Origin: Octopus sinensis
Taxonomy: Eukaryota
DNA length: 64,000 nt
Assembly (NCBI RefSeq): GCF_006345805.1
Contig: NC_043003.1
Location: forward strand, 113,522,001-113,586,000
Reading direction: 5' to 3'
Below, piece after piece: positions 26,660 to 39,120 of this stretch (position 1 is its first letter; every line of letters starts with the position of its first letter). The position numbers and the translations under genes are program-made. The notes under the pieces are model-generated. The model was not told where the DNA came from. It made no database searches and was given only the letters and a program-made list of their open reading frames with translations.

Positions 26660-26820
26660 ATTATGTACATTATTTACATTTGACAGATATTTGTCCTCAT
26701 CTTGTTTCTTGTTAACACAACGTTTCGGCTGATGAAGGCTGGAGGGTATATCAGCTGAAACGTTGTGTTAACAAACAAGACGAGGACAAATATCCATCAA
26801 ATGTAAACAATGTAAATAAT
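26660..26820. repeat. Fold-back inverted repeat, ~70-bp arms and ~16-nt spacer
   Basis: Left arm tttacatttgacagatatttgtcctcatcttg...aacacaacgtttcggctgat matches the reverse complement of 26750-26820 with few differences. Confidence 0.92.
26729..26769 (+). ncRNA. Hammerhead catalytic core inside a fold-back repeat
   Basis: CTGATGA-A-GGCTG...CAGCT-GAAA-CGTT-GTGTT; the local helix I partner is missing. Confidence 0.5.
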
Positions 26821-26962
26821 GTAAATGTCTATGAAGTTGCTAAACCAGCAGAAACACTCTCTACAACTTTTATTAAAACTGATTAATTTATTAAATTTTT
26901 GTACAAAATATTGTTTACTCTGATTTTTCATGTTTACGTATTTTATAATATATACACATATA

Positions 26963-27250
26963 TAAATGGCAGCCATGAATTGTAGTTCTAGTCGTTGGCC
27001 CCTCTGAATAGTTGTGGTCATTGATGATACCGTGTAAATGGCCCCTGTGAATTGTAGTCATGGACATTGTTGGTACTGTGTAAAGTATGAACCATTGTGG
27101 TTGACAGTGCCATGAAAATGACATCCATGAATCATAGTCATGGTTGTAGCTGCTACCATGTAGATAGCACCCATGAATCATAGCTGGGGTTATTGCTGGT
27201 ACCATGTGAAGGGCACCTGTGAATTGTCACGGTCATTGCCGGTACCATAT
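26963..27250. repeat. Degenerate ~46-bp minisatellite abutting an RTE tail
   Basis: Units resembling TAAATGGCACCCATGAATTGTAGTCATGGTCATTGCTGGTACCATG recur about 6 times. Confidence 0.65.
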
Positions 27251-27369
27251 AAAGCACCCATTACACTCCTGGAGTGCTTGGTGTTAGAAAGGGCATCTGG
27301 TTTATCAGCTCCAGCATCTAACCCATGCCAGCATGTGGAGAGTGGACCTTAAATAATGATGATGATGGA

Positions 27370-27403
<34 letters not shown>

Positions 27404-28269
27404 CTGATATGAGTTCTGGAAATGCTATATTTTGGGTTCCCCGTCCCTAACGGTGACTCCCCATCCATGCATTATGCCTGCTCCTTCCCCCTCCCCAGCA
27501 ACTATATTCTCTTCACTGCTCCAGCTTCCCACCCCACTGCCACACTTCTGCATCCCTCTATCTTCCTTAGCTCGTGGCCCTTGTCTCCCCTACCCTCCAG
27601 CCCTATCCATTTTAGCAATCTGCTTTCCCAAACTCCATTCACTCATGCAATCAGACAATCTTGTAAATCAAGCTTCTACTCAGCTTGTGACTTGTGGGGG
27701 TGGGCATCTGAGCACCTTATTGCCATTATCTATGTCTTGCAGCTCCTTCTATATATTTTGTCTTTCTCTTTTTCCCCCACTAGATGCAACCATGCAGGAC
27801 CCTGCCTTGCACCTCCTCTCTCATAGTAAGAGCCTCATTCCCTAGCATGAAACTAACTTCCCAACCACCCCACCAGGGCTCATAGTCCTGCAAACTACAT
27901 AGTGACCTCAATAATGTGCATGGCATGAAAAAAGCATTCACTCCACACTGTAAAGTGATTTGGCATTAGGAAGGGCATCCAGAAATTAGAGTAAATTGCA
28001 GTCCTTAGATACATCAGATCATTAAACCATCTAATCTATGCCATATATACACATGTATATGAATGAATGAATGAATGAATGAGTGTGTGTGTGTGTGTGT
28101 GTGTGTGCAACTGCTTGAAGAAAATTATAGTCATGATTACAATAATGAAAAAGACGGGAAGGAGAAGGTGGGAGAAAGCAGAATAAGAATACAAAGCTAT
28201 CCTCTCCAGTTCTAACTAAAAGGGAATTAATCCCATCATACAAAGAAATTGAAAAAAAAGAGTGCTTAC

Positions 28270-28522
28270 CTCATCTGTAAGATACTAGCCACTTCTTCTC
28301 TACTTGGAGACAGTTTGCGTATCAGGTTGTAATCGCCTACGTACAAGCTCCCATCAAGTCCACTTGCAAGGGCCACCGGTGCAAGCAGCTGCTTGTCCAG
28401 TGCCTTCCCATCAGAGTTGTCTCCAAGTAATTTGCGACGGGAACCATTTCCAAGAATGTTAACAAGTTTTTTCGGTTTCTCTTTCAGGTAAATGTTGGTG
28501 CCATCACCTTTGTGCAGGATTC
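28270..28522 (-). CDS. TENM: Teneurin coding exon H (end of FN plug, start of NHL propeller)
   Basis: Acceptor ttgtttttgtttgtag|GA; GILHKGDGTNIYLK...ILGNGSRRK...LLAPVALASGLDGSLYVGDYNLIRKL...ILQM; donor GAG|gtaagc; 253 nt, phase 1-2. Confidence 0.95.
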
Positions 28523-29469
28523 CTACAAACAAAAACAAATTAATATGTAAATTTAGAGGAAAGTGAATTTTCAGAATTTCATCTGCACACACATTTTAAC
28601 CTCTCTCCTTCAGTACCATTCCTTATCCTAGCAGAGAAGTTTTTATCTTGCAAGTTACTTGGTAACCCTCTGGTGTTGGGGCCATGTTAAAAGTACCAGT
28701 GCTCATGTCATGTAAAAATCACCCAGTCCATACTCTGTAAAGTGGTTGACATCAGGAAGGTTAAGCAGCCGTAGAAACTGTGCAAAGACAGACAAATGGA
28801 GCCTGGTGCAGCTCTCTGGCTTGCAAGCTCCTGACAAACTGTGCAACCCATGCCAGCATGGAACATAGATGTTCAATGATGATGATCAACGTACATTCAT
28901 GCATACAGACAGGCAGACAGATCCAAACCATCATTAGAATTATAAATATTTGTAAAACTTTCCAGAAGTTTATTACTTAAATATGCTTGCATATCGAGAT
29001 GTGCAACTATATGCATAAGAATGTATACATGAAACAAAACATTCAAATCTGCTCACACACTGACTCCAAATATGGCACATATACACGTACCTGTAAAAAT
29101 GCCATTATCCAGGTACCTGTAAAAATACCATTATATCTCATCGAAATGTCAGCAATGGGAAATGGACATTAAATGGTGATGATGATGATGATGTTATATA
29201 TAGATATAGACATACATACGTATGCATGCCTATCTATCTAAGTCCTACATCTATACTGGGATGACTAGGTTAGTGCACTTGGAATGTTGCTCTTCAGGGT
29301 GCATATCTGAGCAATGTTGGCCATGCAGCAAGTTCCCCATCTTAATGCCAGTGATGTTGAAGGAAAAAGTATGGCTGAATGCACCTTTGCTTCCATGTTG
29401 TCATAGACAAACCCAGAATGCAAATAGATGGAACCAATGTCATTAATTCCAATGTTCATTCATCACCAA

Positions 29470-29529
29470 CAGCAGCAGCAGCAGTGGCAGCAGCAGCAGT
29501 GGCAGCAGCAGCAGTGGCAGCAGCAGCAC
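29470..29529. repeat. Compound trinucleotide repeat (CAG)5TGG(CAG)4TGG(CAG)4TGG(CAG)3
   Basis: Read directly from the sequence. Confidence 0.95.
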
Positions 29530-29993
29530 ACCATTATTGTTATCTTCCCTTATTGTCATCTCTGCCAATATCAGTCTAGCTGTCAATGCTATCATAATTA
29601 TTTTTCAATAGAACATTGCCTTCGATTGATAATTACCAGTTCGTTATCAATGAAAATGGTGTCTATTTCTAAATGTGAATGGTAAAAAAATTGCAGCTGA
29701 CAGAATTAATGGCTGAAAACTTCCTAATCTAGATCCAGTCACTAATACTGCTTAAGGGCTCAAAACAAAGATGCTTCAAAACTCAACCTCCAGCAAGTTT
29801 TTTTGGAACCAATTTGATTAAACTTGCCACAGGCTACCACTGAGTCCAGGGCTGTGTCACAAAATAGTTACAATTGTAACACTGTCTTAACTTGAGATTC
29901 CTTTCATCCATTTGTCCAATGTAATTAACAGATATGAAATATTAAAAAATTTGTCTTCATGATTGGAATAAAGTTGTTGATAAGAGAACCTAC

Positions 29994-30134
29994 CTTCCTG
30001 AAAGTTATATGTATGGTGAATATCCAAATTCCATCCACCAATCTCAGAAGATGTTAAATCATAGCCACTCATTGTTGTACTCCGAGCTTCCCAGAAGATG
30101 TAATGACAGTTTTGGTACTGGTACCCAACAAACA
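29994..30134 (-). CDS. TENM: Teneurin coding exon G
   Basis: Acceptor ctttgtgtttcttag|TG; VFVGYQYQNCHYIFWEARSTTMSGYDLTSSEIGGWNLDIHHTYNFQE; donor GAAG|gtaggt; 141 nt, phase 1-1. Confidence 0.94.
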
Positions 30135-31425
30135 CTAAGAAACACAAAGAAAATTGCAATACATGAATGAGAGTTTGGTTCACTGTTAGGAATACATTGA
30201 AAATCCAAAACACTTTAAATCCAAAAGAATATTTCCACATATTTATATAACTGACAACATGGTTCATTTTCAAAGCAATTCCTCAAAAGTATCAGGAATT
30301 TGCATGCACATCATCATCATCATCATTTAGCGTCCGCTTGGACGGTTCAACTGGGGACTGTGAAGCCAGAAGGCTGCATCAGGCCCAGTCTGATCTGGCA
30401 GTGTTTCTACGGTTGGATGCCCTTCCTAACGCCAACCACTCCGTGAGTGTAGTGGGTGCTTTTTACGTGCCACCCGCACAGGTGCCAGATGGAGCTGGCA
30501 AACGGCCATGGACGGATGGTGCTTTTTACGTGCCACTGGCACACACACACAAATATTTTACACCAACTTGATGCTGAATGCTGTGCATAATGAGTTGAAC
30601 ATGAAACAGGGCCGATAAACCGGCCATCAAAATCAGCCAATGGAAGGGGAGTTGGTCCCCAGATTTGCCACTAAAGACTCTTCTCCACAAGTCGAATCAG
30701 CTTTGGAAACTGATAAACCACCATTTTACTTGGGGGCCATACAGTATATAAATATATACTTTTCTCTAATTTCAGTTGCATATTTTAAATATACGTATTG
30801 CATTTTCTAAGCTCATGTCTCGTGTGTGTGAGTGTGTATGTATGTATGCATGCATACACACACACACACACACACGAGAGAGAGATTCAGAATGGAGTCG
30901 TTTTCTTGGGTAAAATAATGCTGGTGAGTGGATATGAACTGCTTGTGCTCCATGAACTTGGCCTTCTGAAATCTCTAATCTCACACACACACACACACAT
31001 ATATGTGATCATTTTATTCATTCTGAATTTGTTTGCACTAATCATTTCAGTCACCTTGTACCACTAATCACTCAATTATGAAATAATAAGAGAAATAGTT
31101 ATCGAGCAAACATCTAGATTTAAAACCACCAAGTTCAATATCCCCTACCCAAGGACACTGCACAACAGTACCGGTAGGTTTTGCACTCATTATGATATGG
31201 TATGTCAAGTCATGCCATGAGTTAATAACCATTGCAACTTGTCTTATGAAGCACAAGTGAATGGATATATTCAGCGTTTGCGAGCATACAAGTTGCACAC
31301 GGTTGAATGGTCAGATGTTCTGGTCCTGCTACCTGAGTCCAGTCAAAAGCATCCTTAAGTGTCAACATCCTAAACCCACCTTTGACTACCACAAAATGGC
31401 TTAATTCTTTGCTTGTACATTTTAA

Positions 31426-31646
31426 CCCTTTAGTGTTCGCATTATTCTGCCAAAATTAATGCTTCTTCATCTACATTGTTTTGAATTAATCATGCATTAT
31501 CTTGTAGTTATGAGATTTTGATGAAGTAGCTGTTCATTTTTTAAACGATATTGTAGGGTTGGTGTGAGAGACCAGATCTGGCTAGTTTGAACATAAAACA
31601 GGCAAAATACTTTTGGCCGGATATGGCCGGTTTAAATGCTAAAGGG
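31426..31646. mobile_element. piggyBac-like MITE, family 1 (221 bp)
   Basis: TTAA|CCCTTTAG ... CTAAAGGG|TTAA. A second partial copy of the body lies at 61670-61838. Confidence 0.85.
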
Positions 31647-32211
31647 TTAAAGTAATTTTTCTCATAAGGCACTAAATTTTATTAAATTTTAGAGTTGCAA
31701 TTTTCATACATTTGCTCAATGCGATGGTGAAGAAAGAAGCATAATATCGATGTAATTCTGTTCTCTCTTTTCATTAATAAAGAGAGGGAGAAGCAATTTC
31801 AGTTATGTAAATGTCTTTCTTTTACAGTGAGCGTGTGTGTGTGTGGGGGGGGGGGGACTGGTATATGTCTGTTTGAGAACCATTACTTGTTAAGTACAGC
31901 AAAATATCTTTTGTGGGGCTTGAACCGATAATTTTAGCTCTTCACAGATCCTTATAATAAACTGAAACCCTACCCAAGAGTATAACTTTCTCTCTCTCTC
32001 TCCAAAAGACCGATTAAAATCCTAATGGATCATCGAGATTTGTGAAAGAATGATTTTCTAGCATTATAAAAAACATAACAAGAAAACCCCTAAAAGATGT
32101 GCTTCTTTGGCAGTATCTTAGCCAAGAGACTCAAATTAGCCTGTGAGGAAACAGGTAATAACGATATTCTTTCCATTAATGGTTTTCCATCAAAATCCAA
32201 AATATACTTAC

Positions 32212-32479
32212 CTCTAGCTGTAACAATACCATAAACTTTCTGGCGGTAAACATTTCGACGATTCCAAGAAAAAGTATACTTGAGGTTTGGATCAGCTTCA
32301 AAGACCTTCTCCATAACAATTCCTTCTACAGACACTCTCAGATGCACCACAGCTAAGGATTCTGGGATCCTACTAGGCGTCATCTGAATCAAAATAACTG
32401 ACATATATCCGGCAGATTCACTACTGTGATAGACTAAATGAACATTGGTGTGAGGAATGGACAAGCTCTCCTGTAGGAC
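32212..32479 (-). CDS. TENM: Teneurin coding exon F (FN-plug region)
   Basis: Acceptor ttgtttgtag|GTC; VLQESLSIPHTNVHLVYHSS...VHLRVSVEG...FEADPNLKYTFSWNRRNVYRQKVYGIVTAR; donor AGAG|gtaagt; 268 nt, phase 0-1. Confidence 0.95.
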
Positions 32480-33109
32480 CTACAAACAATAGCAAAAAGA
32501 AGTTGTAAAATGGATTTCTCTAAGACAATTAATAATAAAAGCATGAAGGACCATCTTTTGTGGAAGGAGTCTAACAAAATGCATATCAGTAATTTGCTGG
32601 GGCTTGCTTGATAAATTGTGGAATAATTAAAGGTAAAGTTGGTCTTGGAATAAAACACACACACACACACACATGTATGGTTGGCAGTTTTTATCGTTGG
32701 TTGATGATATTGCAGAACCAGTAACTTATCTCTACCTCTGCTGTGCCTTGGCTCTTTCAAGAAGCAAGTACCAAGCCCCAGGTACACTTACTATTACTTT
32801 ACTCATGGATAAACTCCACCACTTGATGTATTTAAGGTCATACCCAGGACATTATATGTGAATATATATCTATGTACTATCATGGAGAAAGCTGCTTGTT
32901 AATTACTTGGTGCTATGTGCTTTTTAAAAAAAGATAGTAGTTATTAAAGGCGAGACTGTCTTGAGAAATTTTATAATTCCAGTTTTAAAATATTTTTATC
33001 CAAATGTGGTTTTGAAACTTCTTGTATTATAAATGATTTCAAGTAGAGACTTTAGTTACAAATTTTATTCAACTGGATATTTCAGTTAACTCCACAATAA
33101 TGTCTTTTC

Positions 33110-33970
33110 AACCTTTTGGAAATACACTTAGTTTTATATGTCTACTCTTTTATTGCTTCAAAATATTCTCCATTTGAAGCAATGCATTGGTCCAGATGCA
33201 TTTTCCACTGTTCGAAGAAGTGTTGAAACTCTTGTGAAGTAATGCTTTTTAACACCTCTGTCATTTTTTTTTTTTGCTTCACCTCTTCTATATCTGCAAA
33301 TTCCATAGCACCAGCTCTCATCACCAGTGATGACCTTTGGAAAAAGGTCTGCATCAACTTCCACCCATTCTTTTAGTCCACGGCATACATTCAGTTATGA
33401 TTGCTTTTGATCTTCCGTGAAAAAGCAAGGCACAAATTTTGCTGCAACTCTTTTCATTCACAATTCCTCACTCAAAATTTGTTGGCAAGAGCCCCAGGAC
33501 ACACCAGTCAGATCAAGTTCATCAATTGTTTGGTGATGATCCTCCAAGATCAGTTCATGAGTTGTCATGATGTTTTCATTCGTTTGGGAGGTTGAGGGCC
33601 ACTCCGAATGAGATGGGTCTTCAAGTGATGAGAGACCATCCCTAAAGCGTGAAAACCACTCTTAAACTTGTGCTTTGCTCATAACAGCGTCCTGGTAAGC
33701 AGTAAGAAGCATGACAACTGTTTATAGCCACCGTTTCCCCCCAGCAGAAAACAGACTTTCACAGAAGCATGCTGTTCTTTTGTTTTGGCCATTGTAAAAA
33801 TCGACAAACAAGGGAGAAGCACTGCAAAGAGAAGACACACCATGGGGGTGTAGGACTACACTCAATATAACCGGTCACCATACTGATGCCTGAGGATCAC
33901 ATCAAGTAGCTTCTAGTGGCAGAAGCCTGGACTACAATGGGCTTGTCCACAGAGAAAGTTTGGATACCTC
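33110..33970 (-). mobile_element. Internally deleted mariner transposon relic
   Basis: Minus-strand remnants AYQDAVMSKAQV.EWFSRFRDG (HTH), KVITGDESWCYG and QEFQHFFEQWKMHLDQCIASNGEYFE. Boundaries approximate. Confidence 0.82.
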
Positions 33971-34493
33971 ATCATACATTCAACATTGCTTTCTCCAAAT
34001 TATAAGTTTAATCCAATATCAGCCAAATTTTGCTGATTCCAGTATCTTTTCATATTCGTTGGGTGTTAAAGAAATAGAAAGCTGATTAAGAAGAGTGGTT
34101 GTAATTTATTTCAACTGCGCATAACTACAGATATGAGCCTCTCCATCCCACAAATTTGTCTTCCCATAACTATCTGAAAACAGGTACTTTTTTTTAATGA
34201 AATTTTCTTCAAATACCTTGCAAGTGTCATAGATTATCTCCAGAATTTCAGGTGACCAAAAGGTGAGGCAGACACTTCATGCATCACTACTTCTGATGAA
34301 TTAGTTTTGAGGATGATTTCAGTCTTTCCTGAAAATTCTCTGACAGAAATCTTTGCTAGCATTACTTGTTAAATACAATCTCTTTCATTATTCTAAAAAA
34401 ATTTGAGGATGGTCTGGCCCCGGCATGTTCACTTAGTATGCTAAAAATAGCATGAATCCCATGGTTCTCAAAAGGTAATAGTTTTTCAATGTC

Positions 34494-34990
34494 ATCATCA
34501 TCATCATTTAACGTCCGTTCTCCATGCTAGCATGGGTTGGACGTTCGACCGGGGATCTGGGAAGCCAGAAGGCTGCACCAGGCCCAGTCTGATGTGGCAG
34601 TGTTTCTACAGCTGGATGCCCTTCCTAATGCCAACCACTCTGAGAGTGTAGTGGGTGTTTTTTACATGCCACCGGCACAGGTGCCAAGCAAGGCTTGCAG
34701 CAGCCACAATCGGATTGGTGCCTTTTACGTGCCACCGGCATGGAAGCCAGTCAAGGTGGTGCTGGCATCGGCCACGTTTGGATGGTACTTGTTACGTGCC
34801 ACCGGCACGGAAGCCAGTCAAGGCGGTGCTGGCATCAGCCACGTTCAGATGGTGCTTTTTACGTGCCACCAGCACAGGGATCACAACTACAATTTCCATT
34901 GATTTTTGATGTTGGTGTACTTGACCCAATAGGTCTCCTCAAGCACAGGGTCAAAACGGTGTTTCCTTACTTGCCACCTGCACAGGAGTC
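34494..34990 (-). mobile_element. RTE LINE 3' UTR/tail with tandem ~67-bp modules
   Basis: (CAT)n end; gctggatgcccttcctaatgccaaccac core; GTGCCACCGGCAC-type modules at 34666, 34729, 34796 and 34863. Confidence 0.8.
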
Positions 34991-35509
34991 AGTCATTGTA
35001 ATTAAATCAGCAAAAACAATCAGAAAACCAAGCCAAGATGCATGGAATATCCATTTCCCTCCCCTTTTTCTCACATTAAATTCCTATGAAAGCAAAATCT
35101 GAATCCTCTGAATGTTACTTGTTGAAACTTTCATTAGAATAACCATTGTTCTGAATCTTATGAGGAAACAAAATTGATGGGTGCGAATTATGTGGAACTC
35201 CTCTTCCCTGCAAATTTTTTTTACCCCAAACTACAATATAATCGTAATCTACACCATCTGAAATGGTATTTGTAGAAACGCTCATGATTCAATATGAATT
35301 TCTGAGGAAGTTATGAAGAAACAAATAGAGTCGGGCACATTTCTGTAGTTATGCTTTAAATTTACTGTGGGAGGGATTTACTGCTGGATGAATGAAGGGT
35401 TTAAAGGAAAATTAGACATAATGTATAAAAAACAGAAGATTTAATCATATTGAGTAAATATCATTTAGCAACTGGCAGAAAACTGCCAGAAGGGTGGTCT
35501 TTTTGCAAG

Positions 35510-35552
<43 letters not shown>

Positions 35553-36146
35553 TGCATTGTCTGGGAGATTTTTCTTGCAGTAGAAGAAATAGCCAAATTT
35601 TTGGCTGCTATTTCTAAAAAGCTTGGTATGTGGTAAAGTAAATTATTTTACTTTACCCTATTTTTATAAAGTAATATTTCAAATATACCGTAAATGGTCG
35701 TTTTACATACCGAACACTGCTCGGTCGAATTAATTATTAATTAATTTTACACTTTTTTATTGACAATATATATATATATATATATGTGTATATGTGCATG
35801 TAACTGCATGTATAATACTCATAAAACAGCAGATTTTAATCTGTGTGAGAGGAGAATTTAATGGCCTATGTACACTTGACAATTATTGATATTACAAATC
35901 ATTTTAGAAAATCCCTTATGGCAAATGTGAAATATCGTTTTACATTCTCATTGATTGTGGTTATCACTTGGATCTAAAATCAATCATCTATTGATCTTTC
36001 ATATTTTCTTTTGTCATTTAAACCATTTTGAAGTTGTGTCACCCCCTCCCCCCCACTTGAGCAGTTTCACTGTTACACCCCACTCAGTTATGTTTCTGGA
36101 TATTATTACTGTTGTTCATAATTTCATAAAGCAAAAGTCTAATCAC

Positions 36147-36426
36147 CTGAGACTCTGGGATGATAGTGGTCTTCTCTGGACAGGCACCAAGCTGGGTGTG
36201 TTGCCAAGTTGAGAGGACAACTGGCCGTAGCAGATAGTATTGGTGTTCAACATTGCACAGGATTGGATTTGGTGCTATCCAGTCGTCATCTTCCAAAGTC
36301 ATGATAACTGTGTCCATTGTTATGATTTGGTTCCAAGGTACGAGAACGCTTGCACTTTGAGCAGGAAACGGCTCTCTGTTAAACTGTAGTGTCACTGAGC
36401 CACCACCATTGACTAAAATGTCAAAC
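36147..36426 (-). CDS. TENM: Teneurin coding exon E
   Basis: Acceptor cttttattttgcag|G; RFDILVNGGGSVTLQFNREPF...LRPVVLSTWQHTQLGACPEKTTIIPESQ; donor CAG|gtgatt; 280 nt, phase 2-0. Confidence 0.95.
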
Positions 36427-36839
36427 CTGCAAAATAAAAGATTGGGATCAACAAAACCAGAAAAGTAAAAGATTAGGCAACAAAAAACACATTGATAAAA
36501 TCATTTTGTCGTGTGGCTTTCTGTCAAATCTAGTTTTGTCTAACTCAGATTTGTCATCATTTTAAATTTGTCTCTTTTTCATGACTCACAGACTGTTAAA
36601 GACAACGGTGGGACAGAAATGGTAGGATGATCCTGATTGTCCAAAGTTGATATAGAAAGATGGAGAGCTGAATGTCATGCAGCTCTGTCAAGACCAGTTA
36701 AGTTTTTAAAGATTTAAAAATAGAAAATCTAAACAAATCTTAGAGCATTTTTATCTTCTTTTTTTTCTACATTTCTACCTGTGAGGAATAGAATAACTTT
36801 GTTGTACACCTTATAGAGTTACTACCTACACCTTTTCTA

Positions 36840-37840
36840 CATGCAGCCCTGCTCAATATGTAGAAAAGAAGTAGCTAGAAACTCCATATGGTATACCGAG
36901 TGCAAGTTATGGACACATAAGGAGTGCTGCAATATGAAAGGGAAGTTAACAAAGAAAGTAGTCTTTGTGTGCGGCAGATGTATCGATACAATAAACACTA
37001 AAATTGTACAGAAAACAGACTGCATCAAATGCTAAGGGGAATACCTAGAAGTAGATGATAGCTTCCATTCTCTTGGTGACCATGTCTGCAGTGAAGGTGG
37101 ATGCTTCAAGAGCATAGCTGCAAGAATAAGAATTGGCTGAGCAAAGTTCAGAGAGCTTCTACCTTTGTTGACCAGAAAGAGATCTCCTGCAGAGTGAAAG
37201 GCAGACTGTATGATGCCTTTGTGTGAACAGCCATACTATATGGCAGTGAAACATGGGCTGTGACTGCAGAAGACATGTGAATGCTTTGCTGGATGTGCAA
37301 TGTCAATGTATGTGTATGACAGAGTGTGAGCACCTTGAGAGAAGAATTCGGCATATGAGGCATTAGATGTGGTATGCAAGGAAGAAGACTGCTCTAGGAT
37401 GGTCATGTGAAGCATATGGATGAGGACAGTTGCATAAAGAAGTGCCGATCTCTAAACGTGGAGGGAACCTGTGGAAGAAGTAGACCCAGGAAGACATGGG
37501 ATGAGGTGATCAAACATGATCTTTGGATGTTGGGTCATATGGAAGTGATGACAAGTGACCAAGACCTTTGGCAATTTGCTGTGCTTGAGAAACTCATCAA
37601 ATCAAGTAAAATCATAATCATGGCCAGTGCCAGTGACACGTAAATGGTACCCATGCTGGTGACACCTAAAAGGCACCCACTACTCTCATGGAGTGGTTGG
37701 CATTAGGAAGGGCATCCAGCCATAGAAATCAAGCCAAATCAGACTGGAGCCTGGTACAGCTCTCCAGCTTACCAGTTCCAATCAAACCATCTCACCCATG
37801 CCAGCATGGAAAATGGATGCTAAATGATGATGATGACGAT
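36840..37840 (+). mobile_element. RTE LINE 3' kilobase
   Basis: CSICRKEVARNSIWYTECKLWTHKEC (Cys-rich motif), AKFRELLPLL, CIKKCRSLNVEGTCGRSRPRKTWDEVIKHDL, then the tail ending gatgatgat. Confidence 0.85.
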
Positions 37841-38756
37841 GAAGTAAGTTTAATTAATTATTCTACCACCTTATTAAAAACTTACAAACATGTAAATTCA
37901 GAAATCAATGATTTCTTTTCAATATATATATTCATGACTCAGTAATTTCCCCAATGATTAAGGAGGCACAGTAATTATTTATTCCATTTTTCTGATGTTT
38001 TTAAAGCTTATTTGATACAAGTCAGTGATCTTCAAAGTGTCCTCTCATGATTCACTGGACACAGGAAGATATTAACTTTGCTTTTGCAATTCTGTTTTTT
38101 TTTTTCTTCTTTTAAACATTATTTCTTTACTCATGAGTTGGATATATTAATGATTTGTCGATGGTCTTAATAATGCCTGATATGGCTCACTTAGTTTGTT
38201 GACATCCAGTTTCACTGAGTCTCATTTAAAAGACAATAAAAACCTTGTCTTTGTCAATACGACCAGCAAAACTGGTCATACTGAAATTAAACATCAGTCT
38301 TCTAAAAAGTCAATAATTTGTCTCCAAGCGCCTTTAAAGGCACACAAAATACAGTTTTGCATTACTTTGTGTTTAGGTCACTAATTTAATGAAAGATAAA
38401 TCTTTGGTTTTTATCTCACTAGATACACTGAATTGTTATTTCTTATACAAGCACAAATAAAAGTTCAATATCTGACAACCAACTGGGCATAATGACCTGC
38501 CCAAAATACAAAAAAATATCTATTTGATCTCAGAATTTTACATTATGAATCTTGCAAACCAAATACAAAAACGGAAAATTGACAACCTGTTCCAAAATGA
38601 TGAGGTACCTGTACATCTAAAAATCAAGATCTATATACACTGCCAACTAGATTTCCTACAAATTTTGACTTTGGTGGATTAAACAGTTTGGCAATTTACA
38701 AGTGTTTATTTAGGTACTGCTCAGGCAGAGTGCTTGGTTCAGATGTGTTTCTATGT

Positions 38757-39120
38757 TACTCTCTTTACTCTTTTACTTGTTTCAGTCATTTGACTGCGGC
38801 CATGCTGGAGCACCACCTTTAATCGAGCAACTCGACCCTGGGACTTATTCTTTGTAAGCCAGTACTTATTCTATCGGTCTCTTTTGCCGAACCGCTAAGT
38901 GACGGGGTCGTAAACACACCAGCATCGGTTGTCAAGCAATGCTAGGGGGACAAACACAGACACACAAACACACACACACATATACCAAATCCACTCACAA
39001 GGCTTTGGTCGGCCCGAGGCTATAGTAGAAGACACTTGCCCAAGGTGCCATGCAGTGGGACTGAACCTGGAACCACGTGGCTGGTAAGCAAGCTACTTAC
39101 CACACAGCCACTCCTGCGCC
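38757..39120 (-). mobile_element. SINE copy, family of 55328-55735
   Basis: Reverse complement aligns along nearly the whole 55328-55735 element, with a deletion next to the microsatellite. Confidence 0.88.
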
